Assembly: GCA_902577945.1 (NCBI GenBank)
Contig: CACHBB010000002.1
Span: forward strand, 2,043 to 66,042
Length of the DNA stretch: 64,000 nucleotides
Origin: an uncultured Alphaproteobacteria bacterium
GTDB lineage: Bacteria; Pseudomonadota; Alphaproteobacteria; HIMB59; GCA-002718135
Direction of reading: 5' to 3'
Below the pieces are notes generated by a model. It ran no database searches. It was not told the origin of the DNA and was given only the letters and a program-made list of their open reading frames with translations. Positions within the stretch are counted from its first letter, which is position 1, and every line of letters starts with the position of its first letter. This document shows, in pieces, positions 1-9,735 of the stretch. Position numbers and translations under genes: made by a program.

Positions 1-194
1 AAATAAGAGATTTGTGCAAATAATAATAATAAATTTCTTATATTAATAAAAAACACTTATATTTCAATAATTTAAATAATTTATTTATACAAAAAATTTT
101 AAAAAAAAAACAATTTTTAATGTTTTATTTATAGCACTTTTAAAATATATGATTTCAATCTTATTGGTAAGGAAACAAACTATAAGGAGTTTTT

Positions 195-959
195 ATGTTA
201 AATAAGACTAGTCTAATAGGTATGATTGCTGCGACTATAGCTTTTATTGCTGTTCCAGCTTTCGCTGCCGATACTTTCTTAGGTGAAGGTGATTTCGTAG
301 GTATTACATTCTGGATAGTTTCTATTGGAATGTGGGCATCTACTATTTTCTTCTTTTATGAAGGAATGAGAGTTTCTGCAAAGTGGAGAACATCAATGGT
401 AGTAGCAGGGTTAATTACTTTTATAGCCGCTGTTCACTACATGTATATGAGAGACTTCTGGGTCGCAACTGGTGAGTCCCCAACAGTATATAGATATATT
501 GATTGGGTACTAACAGTACCTCTACAAATGGTAGAATTCTTCCTAATATTAGTTGCTGCAGGTGCTGCTGTTTCTAGCGGTGCTTTCTGGAGACTTCTAG
601 TTGGTACACTGGTTATGGTAATTGGTGGATATCTAGGAGAAGCAGGTCATATCAATTCAACTCTTGGTTTCGTAATCGGAATGATTGGTTGGGCTGTAAT
701 TATCTGGGAGATTTTCCGAGGAGAAGCAAGTCAAGCTGCAACAACAAAAGAGTCAGTAACTTCTGCATTTAATGCAATGAGACTGATTGTTTTGATAGGT
801 TGGGCTATCTATCCACTTGGATATGTTTTTGGATATATGCTTGGATCAGTTGATGCTGATACATTAAACTGGGTTTATAACCTAGCTGATTTTGTTAATA
901 AAATCTTGTTTGGTTTAATAATCTGGAATGCAGCTGCAAAAGATTCTGCTACAGCATAA
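195..959 (+). CDS. Proteorhodopsin, light-driven proton pump (predicted blue-absorbing, Q105 type)
   Basis: 254 aa with a signal-like N-terminus and 7-TM profile. Helix C motif RYIDWVLTVPLQMVEF carries the D97 acceptor, Q at the 105 tuning site and the E108 donor. Schiff-base lysine lies in DFVNKILFG. AAGGAG RBS at 184-189. Codon usage is richer in G/C than neighbouring genes. Confidence 0.95.
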   Translation: MLNKTSLIGMIAATIAFIAVPAFAADTFLGEGDFVGITFWIVSIGMWASTIFFFYEGMRVSAKWRTSMVVAGLITFIAAVHYMYMRDFWVATGESPTVYRYIDWVLTVPLQMVEFFLILVAAGAAVSSGAFWRLLVGTLVMVIGGYLGEAGHINSTLGFVIGMIGWAVIIWEIFRGEASQAATTKESVTSAFNAMRLIVLIGWAIYPLGYVFGYMLGSVDADTLNWVYNLADFVNKILFGLIIWNAAAKDSATA

Positions 960-981
960 TTATCTAAATTAAATATTTTAT

Positions 982-1010
982 AAAAAACCCTCTTTTAGAG
1001 GGTTTTTTTT
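982..1010 (+). terminator. Rho-independent terminator after proteorhodopsin
   Basis: AAAAAACCCTCT-TTT-AGAGGGTTTTTTTT: a 6-bp GC-containing stem flanked by an A-run and a T-run, so potentially bidirectional. Confidence 0.8.
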
Positions 1011-1055
1011 ATTAATTTATTGACTTAATTTTTTTTAATATGTATTTGGCTCGCG

Positions 1056-1514
1056 ATGAAAACGTTTTCGTTAAAAAAAAATGATATAAACAAAAAATGG
1101 CTACTTATAGATGCCAAAAATGCTGTTCTGGGAAGACTCGCAGTTATATCAGCAAATATACTCAGAGGTAAAAATAAACCCGAATATACACCAAATCAAG
1201 ATTGTGGAGATAACTTAATAATAATAAATTCAGATTTTATACAATTAAAAGGAAAAAAAGCAGATAACAAGATTTATTATAGGCATACTGGTTTTCCAGG
1301 CGGTATAAAAGAAACAACACCTAATAAAATGAAAGATAAAAATAAGTCTGATCAAATTATAAAATTAGCAATTAAAAGAATGATACCATCTGGTCCACTT
1401 GGAAAACAACAACTATCAAATTGCAAAATTTATAGAGACGCAAATCATAAACATGAAGCGCAAAATCCTGAAATAATTGATATCGCTTCTTTAAATAAAA
1501 AAAATATTATTTAG
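1056..1514 (+). CDS. rplM: 50S ribosomal protein L13
   Basis: 152 aa. The N-terminus [17 protein letters not shown] is typical of L13, and the gene sits in the conserved rplM-rpsI pair. Confidence 0.95.
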   Translation: MKTFSLKKNDINKKWLLIDAKNAVLGRLAVISANILRGKNKPEYTPNQDCGDNLIIINSDFIQLKGKKADNKIYYRHTGFPGGIKETTPNKMKDKNKSDQIIKLAIKRMIPSGPLGKQQLSNCKIYRDANHKHEAQNPEIIDIASLNKKNII

Positions 1515-1945
1515 TGATGGAAGAACAAGAAAATAAAACAGATAGCAATTTAGATATTAAGCAAAGGGCATATGCAACTGGAAGAAGAAAAAACTCCATT
1601 GCAAGAGTTTGGTTAAAACAAGGTAATGGAGATATTAAAATTAATGGCAAATCATTAGATAAATATTTTTCCAGACCTGTTTTGCAAATGGTTGTTAATC
1701 AACCTTTAAATGTAATTCAGGCTGAAAACAATTATGAAATTATGGCAACTGTTAAGGGTGGCGGTTTATCAGGTCAAGCAGGTGCAATTAGACATGGAAT
1801 TAGTAAGGCATTAAGTTTATTTGATATTGCAAATAGACCCCCTCTTAAAAAAGTTGGATTTTTAACTAGAGATCCAAGGGTTGTTGAGAGAAAAAAATCT
1901 GGTCTTGCAAAAGCAAGAAGAAGTTATCAATTCTCTAAGAGATAA
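1514..1945 (+). CDS. rpsI: 30S ribosomal protein S9
   Basis: C-terminus [24 protein letters not shown] is the S9 signature. GTG at 1514 overlaps the rplM stop by 1 nt; ATG at 1517 is an alternative start. Confidence 0.95.
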   Translation: MMEEQENKTDSNLDIKQRAYATGRRKNSIARVWLKQGNGDIKINGKSLDKYFSRPVLQMVVNQPLNVIQAENNYEIMATVKGGGLSGQAGAIRHGISKALSLFDIANRPPLKKVGFLTRDPRVVERKKSGLAKARRSYQFSKR

Positions 1946-1951
1946 ATTTTC

Positions 1952-2980
1952 ATGAAAGATAAGATTAGAGTGGCCGTTTTAGGCTCAACCGGCTATGTTG
2001 GTATGGAGTTAGTAAAAATTCTATCAAATCATTCTTATGTAGATATAAATTTTTTAGGCTCAGAAACTATTAATGGCAGTTATCTAAATAATATTGATAA
2101 TACAAAAGAATACAATCAACTTCCTCTATTAACGTCAAATGATAGTTTTAATCCCGAAGATAGCGATTATGTATTCCTAGCCTTACCACATGCAGTATCT
2201 AATAAATATGTAAAAAAATATTTTAATAAAATAAATATTATAGATTTATCAGCTGACTTTAGATTAGATAATTTTGATCTCTATAAAAAAAGTTATGGCA
2301 ATGAACATGAGTGCATAGATCATTTAGAAGATTTTATTTATGGTCTTGCTGAAATAAATAGAGATAAAATATTAAACTCAAAAAATATAGCAGTACCTGG
2401 ATGTTACCCGACCTCCATTTTATTGCCATTAATACCTTTAATAAAAAATAAATTAATAGATACCAAAAATATAATTATAGATTCTAAATCAGGTTATAGT
2501 GGTGCAGGAAAGAAATTTGATTTCAATAAAATAAAATCAAAAAATGATTATAATTTTTACAATTATAATACAAACAATCACAGACATATTTTGGAAATCA
2601 AACAAGAACTTAATAAACATAACTCAGGTAATGAAGTAAAATTTTCATTTAATCCTCACATTCTTCCTAATTTTAGAGGTATGATTTCTACAATTTATTG
2701 TGATCTCAATAATCGCATTCAAAAAACTGATATTATAAATCTATTCCATGACTTACAACAAATAAATCCTTTTATAAAATTTATTGATAATGATGAAATG
2801 CTTGATTTTTTTTCTATTCAAAATTCTAATTATTGTAAAATTAAAATTTTTGATCATTATAGTGAAGATAAACTGATTATAGTCAGTGCAATAGACAACT
2901 TAATTAAAGGTGCTGCTGGTCAAGCAGTACAATGCTTTAATATATCACTAAATATTGAAGAAACTGTATCTTTAGTATGA
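1952..2980 (+). CDS. argC: N-acetyl-gamma-glutamyl-phosphate reductase
   Basis: 342 aa with an N-terminal Rossmann motif VLGSTGYVG and the active-site PGCYPTS motif. rplM-rpsI-argC synteny is common in Alphaproteobacteria. Confidence 0.9.
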   Translation: MKDKIRVAVLGSTGYVGMELVKILSNHSYVDINFLGSETINGSYLNNIDNTKEYNQLPLLTSNDSFNPEDSDYVFLALPHAVSNKYVKKYFNKINIIDLSADFRLDNFDLYKKSYGNEHECIDHLEDFIYGLAEINRDKILNSKNIAVPGCYPTSILLPLIPLIKNKLIDTKNIIIDSKSGYSGAGKKFDFNKIKSKNDYNFYNYNTNNHRHILEIKQELNKHNSGNEVKFSFNPHILPNFRGMISTIYCDLNNRIQKTDIINLFHDLQQINPFIKFIDNDEMLDFFSIQNSNYCKIKIFDHYSEDKLIIVSAIDNLIKGAAGQAVQCFNISLNIEETVSLV

Positions 2981-3162
2981 GTAAATATTTCACAATTTTC
3001 TTTCTATTTTTTTCTATCATTTCTTGTGGATATCCTGATATTGATAATGTTCCTGATTTTAAAGACACAAAATTAACTGATGAAGAATTATTAGATTATT
3101 GTAGTATTTCTAATACTGATAAAAAAGATATAGATAAATGCATTAATGATTATAAAAGTTAA
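2977..3162 (+). CDS. Small putative lipoprotein (hypothetical)
   Basis: 61 aa with a hydrophobic leader ending in the lipobox-like IISC. ATGA overlap with the argC stop. No recognisable family. Confidence 0.5.
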   Translation: MSKYFTIFFLFFSIISCGYPDIDNVPDFKDTKLTDEELLDYCSISNTDKKDIDKCINDYKS

Positions 3163-3170
3163 ATTTAGTT

Positions 3171-4469
3171 ATGAGTAAACTTAATATTGGTATTGCAGGA
3201 TTAGGAAATGTTGGGTCAGCACTAGTTGAAACAATAGAAGAAAATAAAAATTATTTATTTGATAAAACAAATGTTGAATTGAATATCGTTGGAATATCTG
3301 CAAGAACAAAAAATAAAAAAAGAAATTTTAATATATCAAATTATACTTGGTATGATGACCCAAGAGAAATGTCTAAAAATCATAATTGTAATGTAATTGT
3401 TGAATTAATTGGTGAAGAAAAAGGAATTAGCTATGAAATAATTGAAACAGCATTAAAAAATAAAAAACATGTTGTAACAGGGAATAAAGCTTTAATAGCT
3501 AATCATGGAAAAGAATTATTTGAATTAGCTAATATAAACTCACTAGCTTTATCATATGAAGCTGCTGTTGCGGGCGGTATTCCAATTATAAAAACAATAA
3601 AAAATTCTATTAGTTTAGATAGAATTAACAAAATTTCTGGAATTTTAAATGGAACTACAAATTACATTTTAACCAAAATGCAAGAAGATAATTTATCCTT
3701 TGATGAAGTTCTTAAAATTGCTAAAGACAAAGGATTCACTTCTGATCAGGAATCAAAATTAGATATTGGTGGCTATGATGCAGCGCACAAGTTAACAATA
3801 TTATCAACTCTATGTTTTAAATCAAATTTAAACTTTAATAATAATTATATTGAAGGAATATCAAATATTAAAATTGAAGATATTAATTTTGCTGAAAAAT
3901 TAGGGTATAAGATAAAGTTAATATCTGAAGCCTGCATAATTAAAGGAAAAATTTCAAACTTTACTTCACCAAAATTAGTTTCTATGGATAATCCCTTAGC
4001 AAGTGTTGATAATGCTCTTAATGCGATCAATATTGAAACCATACATCTAGAAAATTTATTTTTAGAAGGTGAAGGAGCAGGGGGGAAGCCAACTGCTAGC
4101 TCTGTCTTATCTGATTTATACGATATATCTCAGAATGAAAAATTTGATAATTTGGGTTTTAAAATTGATAAATTACAAAACTTTGAAAAATATTCGGCAG
4201 AAAATACAATTAATAGTTATTACCTAAGAATAATGACAGAAGACAAACCAGGTGTTCTTTCTTCAATTACAAATTACTTCAGTGATTCTGAAATATCAGT
4301 TAAAAAAATACTTCAGCTACCTGAGATTTCTGAAGCTAATAAGCCGATACCAATCATCATAACGACACACAATATTCAGAAAGAAAAATTAAGTAATGTA
4401 ATTAATAAAATTGAAAGTTTAGAATTTGTAAAAGAAAAAATTACTGTTCTTGCTATTCATGATAATTAA
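3171..4469 (+). CDS. hom: Homoserine dehydrogenase
   Basis: 432 aa with NAD-binding IAGLGNVGS, catalytic-domain motifs (GILNGTTNYIL, DAAHKL) and a C-terminal ACT-like domain. Confidence 0.9.
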   Translation: MSKLNIGIAGLGNVGSALVETIEENKNYLFDKTNVELNIVGISARTKNKKRNFNISNYTWYDDPREMSKNHNCNVIVELIGEEKGISYEIIETALKNKKHVVTGNKALIANHGKELFELANINSLALSYEAAVAGGIPIIKTIKNSISLDRINKISGILNGTTNYILTKMQEDNLSFDEVLKIAKDKGFTSDQESKLDIGGYDAAHKLTILSTLCFKSNLNFNNNYIEGISNIKIEDINFAEKLGYKIKLISEACIIKGKISNFTSPKLVSMDNPLASVDNALNAINIETIHLENLFLEGEGAGGKPTASSVLSDLYDISQNEKFDNLGFKIDKLQNFEKYSAENTINSYYLRIMTEDKPGVLSSITNYFSDSEISVKKILQLPEISEANKPIPIIITTHNIQKEKLSNVINKIESLEFVKEKITVLAIHDN

Positions 4470-4474
4470 TTAAT

Positions 4475-6220
4475 GTGAATATTGAAAAATCATTATCGGA
4501 TAAATATTGGGAAGAAAAGCAAATAGACTTTAAACATATTCAACGCCTTTCCCAAAAAAAATCCATTTCTGAAATTTTTTCAAAACTTCTAATTTCTAGA
4601 GGTGTCTTTAATGAAAATTATGATAATTATATAAATCCTAATCTTTTAAATAACCTTCCTGATCCTTTTGAACTTAAAGACATGAAAAAAGGAATTCAAA
4701 GATGTATTGAGGCTTTAAAAAAGAATGAAAAGATTGGAATAATTGCTGATTATGATGTTGATGGATCTACTTCTGCATCAATTTTATATAGTTTTTTAAA
4801 TAATTATACGAACGATCTTGTTTGTAAAATACCTAATAGATTATCAGAGGGTTATGGTCCAAATGTCAGACTTATGAATGAAATGCTTAATGAAAATATT
4901 ACACTCTTGTTTACACTGGATTGTGGAACATCAGCATTTAACTCAATTGATTTGCCTGATTTCAACACTATTGAGGTTATAGTAATAGATCATCATTTGA
5001 GTGAATTTAAACTTCCCAAAGTCCACTCAGTAATTAATCCAAATAGATTTGATGAAAAAAATAATTATAAAGATTTTGCAGCAGTAGCAGTAACATTTCT
5101 TTTTTTAATGGGATTAAGGAAGCAAATTAGAGAATTAAAATTATTTCCAAACGTAAAAGAACCAAATTTAATGTCATATTTAGATTTAGTTGCGATTGGT
5201 ACTATTTGTGATGTTGTTAATATAAATAATTATAATAGATCAATAGTTACCAAAGGTTTAGAACTCATTAGAAGTCGAAAAAATAAACCAATAACAAAAA
5301 TATTAGATAATTCTAATATAAGTCATGAACCTAGAGCTAAGGATATTGGCTTCATATTAGGTCCACAAATTAATGCCGCTAGTAGGATAGATGATTCATC
5401 ATTATCTTCAAAGCTTCTTATATCAAATGATGATTCTGAAATAGAAACTATTTCTAGAAAATTATTTTTAATTAATGAAAAAAGAAAATTAATAGAGCAA
5501 AATATATTTAATGAAGCTATTGAGCAAATAAAAGATCAAGAAAATAATAAATTTATTATTGTTTATAAAAACAATTGGCATCAAGGTGTTTTGGGTATAG
5601 TTGCAAGTAAAATAGTAGCACTTTACAATAAACCTACATTTGTTATTTCTTTTATTAATAATGTTGGGGTAGGTTCAGGCAGGTCTATAGATCAGATTGA
5701 TATTGGTAGTATTGTTATTGATTTAAAAGCTAATGATTTAATAGAAAAAGGCGGCGGCCATAAAATGGCAATAGGCCTTAAAATGCATAAAAATAAATTA
5801 GAAGAAATAAATGAATTTTTAACTATGAAATTTAATTTATTTGACCCTAAACTTTTTGAAAAAAAAATATTTTATGATAGTGAAATTTCTGTAAATCAAA
5901 TAAATAAAGAATTTTTAAATAATTTAGAGTTATTGGAGCCATATGGCAAAGGTAACGAAGAACCTCTCTTTCTCGTCAAAGATATTTTAATTGACCAGGT
6001 AAAAATTTTAAAAAATAAACATATTTTAATCTTTTTTAAAAATGATCTAGGTGAAAGTATGAAAGGTATATCATTTAATAGCATTGATACAGTAATTGGA
6101 GACTATCTTTTAAATTTTAATAAATTCAAATTTGAGATCTTGTGTTATTTAAAAAAAGATAATTATACAAATAGTCAAATACCACAAATAGTTATCAATG
6201 ATGTAAAAGTAATTAATTAA
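4475..6220 (+). CDS. recJ: Single-stranded-DNA-specific exonuclease RecJ
   Basis: 581 aa with DHH motifs (DYDVDGSTS, VIDHH) and a DHHA1 GGGHKMA motif. GTG start. Confidence 0.9.
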   Translation: MNIEKSLSDKYWEEKQIDFKHIQRLSQKKSISEIFSKLLISRGVFNENYDNYINPNLLNNLPDPFELKDMKKGIQRCIEALKKNEKIGIIADYDVDGSTSASILYSFLNNYTNDLVCKIPNRLSEGYGPNVRLMNEMLNENITLLFTLDCGTSAFNSIDLPDFNTIEVIVIDHHLSEFKLPKVHSVINPNRFDEKNNYKDFAAVAVTFLFLMGLRKQIRELKLFPNVKEPNLMSYLDLVAIGTICDVVNINNYNRSIVTKGLELIRSRKNKPITKILDNSNISHEPRAKDIGFILGPQINAASRIDDSSLSSKLLISNDDSEIETISRKLFLINEKRKLIEQNIFNEAIEQIKDQENNKFIIVYKNNWHQGVLGIVASKIVALYNKPTFVISFINNVGVGSGRSIDQIDIGSIVIDLKANDLIEKGGGHKMAIGLKMHKNKLEEINEFLTMKFNLFDPKLFEKKIFYDSEISVNQINKEFLNNLELLEPYGKGNEEPLFLVKDILIDQVKILKNKHILIFFKNDLGESMKGISFNSIDTVIGDYLLNFNKFKFEILCYLKKDNYTNSQIPQIVINDVKVIN

Positions 6221-6264
6221 ATAATTTGAAAAAAATGCAAATATCAACTATATACCAATCACCT

Positions 6265-6339
6265 GACCCCTTCGTCTATCGGTTAGGACATCAGGTTTTC
6301 ATCCTGAAAAGAGGAGTTCGATTCTCCTAGGGGTCGCCA
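6265..6339 (+). tRNA. tRNA-Glu (anticodon UUC)
   Basis: Hand-folded cloverleaf. Acceptor GACCCCT pairs with AGGGGTC, the anticodon loop is TT-TTC-AT, the T-loop is GTTCGATTC, and CCA is encoded. The 3-prime end abuts the stop codon of the convergent gene at 6340. Confidence 0.9.
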
Positions 6340-7326
6340 TCAAGGCTTTAGTATTATAGATCCAGTAGATTTTCTAGATTGTATCAATTTGTGAGCATCT
6401 GATGCTTGAGATAGATTGAAAGCTTTAAATATATTGGGTTGTATTTCCTTATTTTTAATTTTATTAAAAAGTTTGTTACTGGAAATTTCTAATTCTTTTC
6501 TATTACGAATATAATGCATAAGTGTTGGACGCGTATAGTATAAGCTTTTAGGATTAAATGTACCATGTAAATTAACATTCTCAACCATTCCAGAAGACTG
6601 ACCAAATGAAACCATTAATCCTCTAAAATTTAAGCATTTTAGAGAAATGTCAAATGTATCTTTACCAACACCATCATAAACAACGTTTACTAGATTTTTT
6701 TTAGTTATTATAGATAATTTTTTTACTACGTCTTCATTCTTATAATTTATTGTATATTCACAACCATTTTTTTTTGCTAATTCTGATTTTTCATTACTGC
6801 TAACTGTTCCTATCATTTTCGCATTTAATGAATTTGCCCATTGACAAGCAATTAAACCAACACCTCCAGCAGCAGCATGAAATAAAAATTTCTCATTTTT
6901 TTTTAATTTATACAATCTTTCAAATAAATATTCGACCGTCATGCCTTGTAATAAAATCGAAGCAGCTTCATCATTAGAAATATGTTCAGGAAGTTTAATA
7001 ACTTTATCTGCATCAAAATCTCTAATCTCACAATATGCTCCCAATGGTGGACTAAAAGAATATGCAACTCTGTCTCCAACTTTAATATTATTTACTTCAC
7101 TTCCAACCTCTATAACATTACCAGCTGCTTCTAGACCTAAACAGAAAGGCAATTGTAAAGGAACAGGATAAATCCCCGTCCTATGATATGTGTCAATATA
7201 GTTTAAGCCAATTGAAGTTTGACGTATTCGAACCATTGTTCGAGGTAACTCATTGGGCATAACATAGTTCTCATACTTCAAGACTTCTGGGCCACCTAAT
7301 TTAGATACAACTATTCTTTTAGGCAT
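6340..7326 (-). CDS. qor: NADPH:quinone oxidoreductase (zinc-type alcohol dehydrogenase superfamily)
   Basis: 328 aa MDR-family protein with AAAGGVG nucleotide-binding motif and overall Qor-like layout. Confidence 0.8.
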   Translation of the reverse strand: MPKRIVVSKLGGPEVLKYENYVMPNELPRTMVRIRQTSIGLNYIDTYHRTGIYPVPLQLPFCLGLEAAGNVIEVGSEVNNIKVGDRVAYSFSPPLGAYCEIRDFDADKVIKLPEHISNDEAASILLQGMTVEYLFERLYKLKKNEKFLFHAAAGGVGLIACQWANSLNAKMIGTVSSNEKSELAKKNGCEYTINYKNEDVVKKLSIITKKNLVNVVYDGVGKDTFDISLKCLNFRGLMVSFGQSSGMVENVNLHGTFNPKSLYYTRPTLMHYIRNRKELEISSNKLFNKIKNKEIQPNIFKAFNLSQASDAHKLIQSRKSTGSIILKP

Positions 7327-9262
7327 ATTTTTTCAATTTAATATATATATTTTGATATTCTTTTAGGCAATGTGGATTTATGAGTACTTGCTTATTTTCA
7401 ATTTTTTCTCCATTAATAATTTTTTTAACTAGTAGTTCGACAATTTTCCCACTTCTTGTTTTAGGTATCTCCAAAACAGAAAAAATTTTTTTTGGTATAT
7501 GTTTTGGAGATAATAATTTTTTAATATTTGATATAATTTTATTTTTCACTTCATCTCTTAAATAATTATTTTTATTTAGAACTACAAAAAGAATAACTTC
7601 TGTATCATTACTTATTTGACGTTCAACAGCTAAACATTCTGAAATTTCATTCATATTTTCAAGAACTCTATATAATTCAGCTGTACCAATTCTTACCCCG
7701 CCTGAATTTAATGTTGCATCTGATCTACCGTAAATAATATATCCATTATTAATTGTTTTTTTACAATAATCACCATGACACCAAATATTCTCATAACTTT
7801 TAAAATATGATTCTTTATATTTTTTAAAATTTATATCATTCCAAAAATATAGTGGCTTAGATGGAAAGCTAGATTTACAAACTAATTCTCCTTTTTTATC
7901 AATCAAACTATTACCTTTTTCATCAAAAACATCAACTTCCATACCAAGCCCAGCACATTGTATCTCTCCACTAAAAACATCAAGTGAAGGATTACCTAAG
8001 ACGAAACATGAAACAATATCTGTTCCACCACTTATAGAAGCTAAATGGACATCGGATTTTATACAATCATATACATATTCAAATGATTCATTTACCAAAG
8101 GCGATCCTGTGGAAGCTATGACTTTTAAATTTTCAAGTTTGAATCTTTTTTTAATATTAATTTTCTGATTTTTTAGTAGGTCTATATATTTTGCTCCAGT
8201 TCCAAAAAAACTTAATTTTTCTTTTTCAGCTATTTCAAACAAATATTCAATATTTGGAATAAAAGGAGATCCATCATATAGAACTACAGAAGCATTAGAT
8301 GCTAATGAAGAAACTAACCAATTCCACATCATCCAACCACAGGTTGTAAAATAAAATACTTTATCACCATCTTTTATATTGCAATGTAATTGATGTTCTT
8401 TTTTATGCTGTATTAAAGATCCACCAGCTCCATGAACAATACATTTTGGTACTCCTGTTGTACCACTTGAGTATAGAATATATAAAGGATGATTAAATTC
8501 AAACTTTTCAAATACTTCGTTTCTATTTTTTGATTTTTGAATAGTGTTCCATTCAACATATTTAAAATCAACATCCAAATTTGCCTCTTTTTTTTCGTAC
8601 GGAATAATAATTATCTTTTCGATGCTAGAAATTTTTTTTAAAATTTTTGGCACTACTTCTATTGTATCTATTTTTTTTCTATTGTAGTAGTAATAATCAG
8701 TTACAATTAAAATTTTTGGTTCAATTTGCTTAAATCTATCAATAATAGCGTTTTCTCCAAAATCTGATGAACAAGAGGTCCAAATTGCACCAATTTGTGA
8801 GGTAGCAAGAAAAGATATAACAGTCTCAGGTAAATTTGGTAGAACTGCCGCAATCCTATCAAGTTTCTTAATATTATTTATTTTAAAAAAATATGATAAT
8901 TTAAATACTTTTTTACGCAATTCTTTCCATGAAATTGATCTATAGGAATTGTTTTCTGAATAAAAAATTAAAGCATCTTTATCATCTTTTTTTGATAAAC
9001 AGTTTTCAGCATAATTAATTTTACTATCTTTAAAAAACTTACAATTAATAAAATCATTATCGTGTGAATAACTTTTACCCTTAAGATCACCAATTATTTT
9101 TGTAAACTTCCAAATTGATGTCCAAAATTCCTCTTTGGATTTAATACTCCATTTATGCAAATCAATGTAGGATTCAAATTTATAATTATTTTTTAAAGTA
9201 CTTAAAAAACTTGTTAAGTTATTTGTTTTATTAGGTGAACTCCACAACTTTAAGTTGTGCAT
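7319..9262 (-). CDS. Acetoacetyl-CoA synthetase (acetoacetate-CoA ligase)
   Basis: 647 aa adenylate-forming enzyme with AMP-binding motif YSSGTTGVPK, a C-terminal SGKIVE motif and an N-terminal region typical of acetoacetyl-CoA synthetases. It overlaps qor by 8 nt. Confidence 0.8.
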   Translation of the reverse strand: MHNLKLWSSPNKTNNLTSFLSTLKNNYKFESYIDLHKWSIKSKEEFWTSIWKFTKIIGDLKGKSYSHDNDFINCKFFKDSKINYAENCLSKKDDKDALIFYSENNSYRSISWKELRKKVFKLSYFFKINNIKKLDRIAAVLPNLPETVISFLATSQIGAIWTSCSSDFGENAIIDRFKQIEPKILIVTDYYYYNRKKIDTIEVVPKILKKISSIEKIIIIPYEKKEANLDVDFKYVEWNTIQKSKNRNEVFEKFEFNHPLYILYSSGTTGVPKCIVHGAGGSLIQHKKEHQLHCNIKDGDKVFYFTTCGWMMWNWLVSSLASNASVVLYDGSPFIPNIEYLFEIAEKEKLSFFGTGAKYIDLLKNQKINIKKRFKLENLKVIASTGSPLVNESFEYVYDCIKSDVHLASISGGTDIVSCFVLGNPSLDVFSGEIQCAGLGMEVDVFDEKGNSLIDKKGELVCKSSFPSKPLYFWNDINFKKYKESYFKSYENIWCHGDYCKKTINNGYIIYGRSDATLNSGGVRIGTAELYRVLENMNEISECLAVERQISNDTEVILFVVLNKNNYLRDEVKNKIISNIKKLLSPKHIPKKIFSVLEIPKTRSGKIVELLVKKIINGEKIENKQVLINPHCLKEYQNIYIKLKKYA

Positions 9263-9268
9263 ATTCTA

Positions 9269-9721
9269 TTAGCTCTTTTTGTTATCTTTTACTGATCTTA
9301 CCCTAACAATCACATCAATATTGTGTAAATTTAAGCATGCAGGAATAGAAGGCAAATCTAAATTTACATTATCTGTTGGTATATCGTGAACTTTTCCTTC
9401 ATCTTCAATATATAAATGATAATGCGGTTTATTATTAGTATCGTAAAGTGATTTATTTTTATCAACTACAATTTCTCTTATTAAACCTAAATTAGTAAAT
9501 TGTTTTAAGGTATTGTAAATTGTTGCCATTGAAATCTTACGATCTTCTTTTTTAACTTCATCAAATAAGTTTTCAGCAGATATATGGCGATTACCTTTTT
9601 CAAATAAAATTTTAGCAAGTACTCTTCTTTGTTTTGTTGGAATAATCCCACTTTCTTCTATTTTCTTTAATGCTATATTGTATGCATTAAAAGGGTCATA
9701 TGCTTTATTTGAAATTTTCAT
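9269..9721 (-). CDS. Fur-family transcriptional regulator, Irr-like (no Cys4 zinc site)
   Basis: Winged-helix region ISMATIYNTLKQFTNLGLI is typical of the Fur family. There is only one Cys, no CxxC pairs, and a His-rich PHYHLY segment. I prefer the ATG at 9721 (MKISN); the longest ORF start at 9757 would overlap the divergent gene. Confidence 0.75.
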   Translation of the reverse strand: MKISNKAYDPFNAYNIALKKIEESGIIPTKQRRVLAKILFEKGNRHISAENLFDEVKKEDRKISMATIYNTLKQFTNLGLIREIVVDKNKSLYDTNNKPHYHLYIEDEGKVHDIPTDNVNLDLPSIPACLNLHNIDVIVRVRSVKDNKKS

Positions 9722-9735
9722 AAATAATATACTAT

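Noticed and set aside
9722-9735. Possible Fur/Irr operator in the 14-nt divergent gap and adjacent AT-rich sequence between the regulator and the hydrolase gene.
   Set aside because: There is no convincing match to the Fur box (GATAATGATAATCATTATC) or to the Irr ICE motif (TTTAGAA-N3-TTCTAAA). The sequence is AT-rich enough that partial matches are expected by chance.
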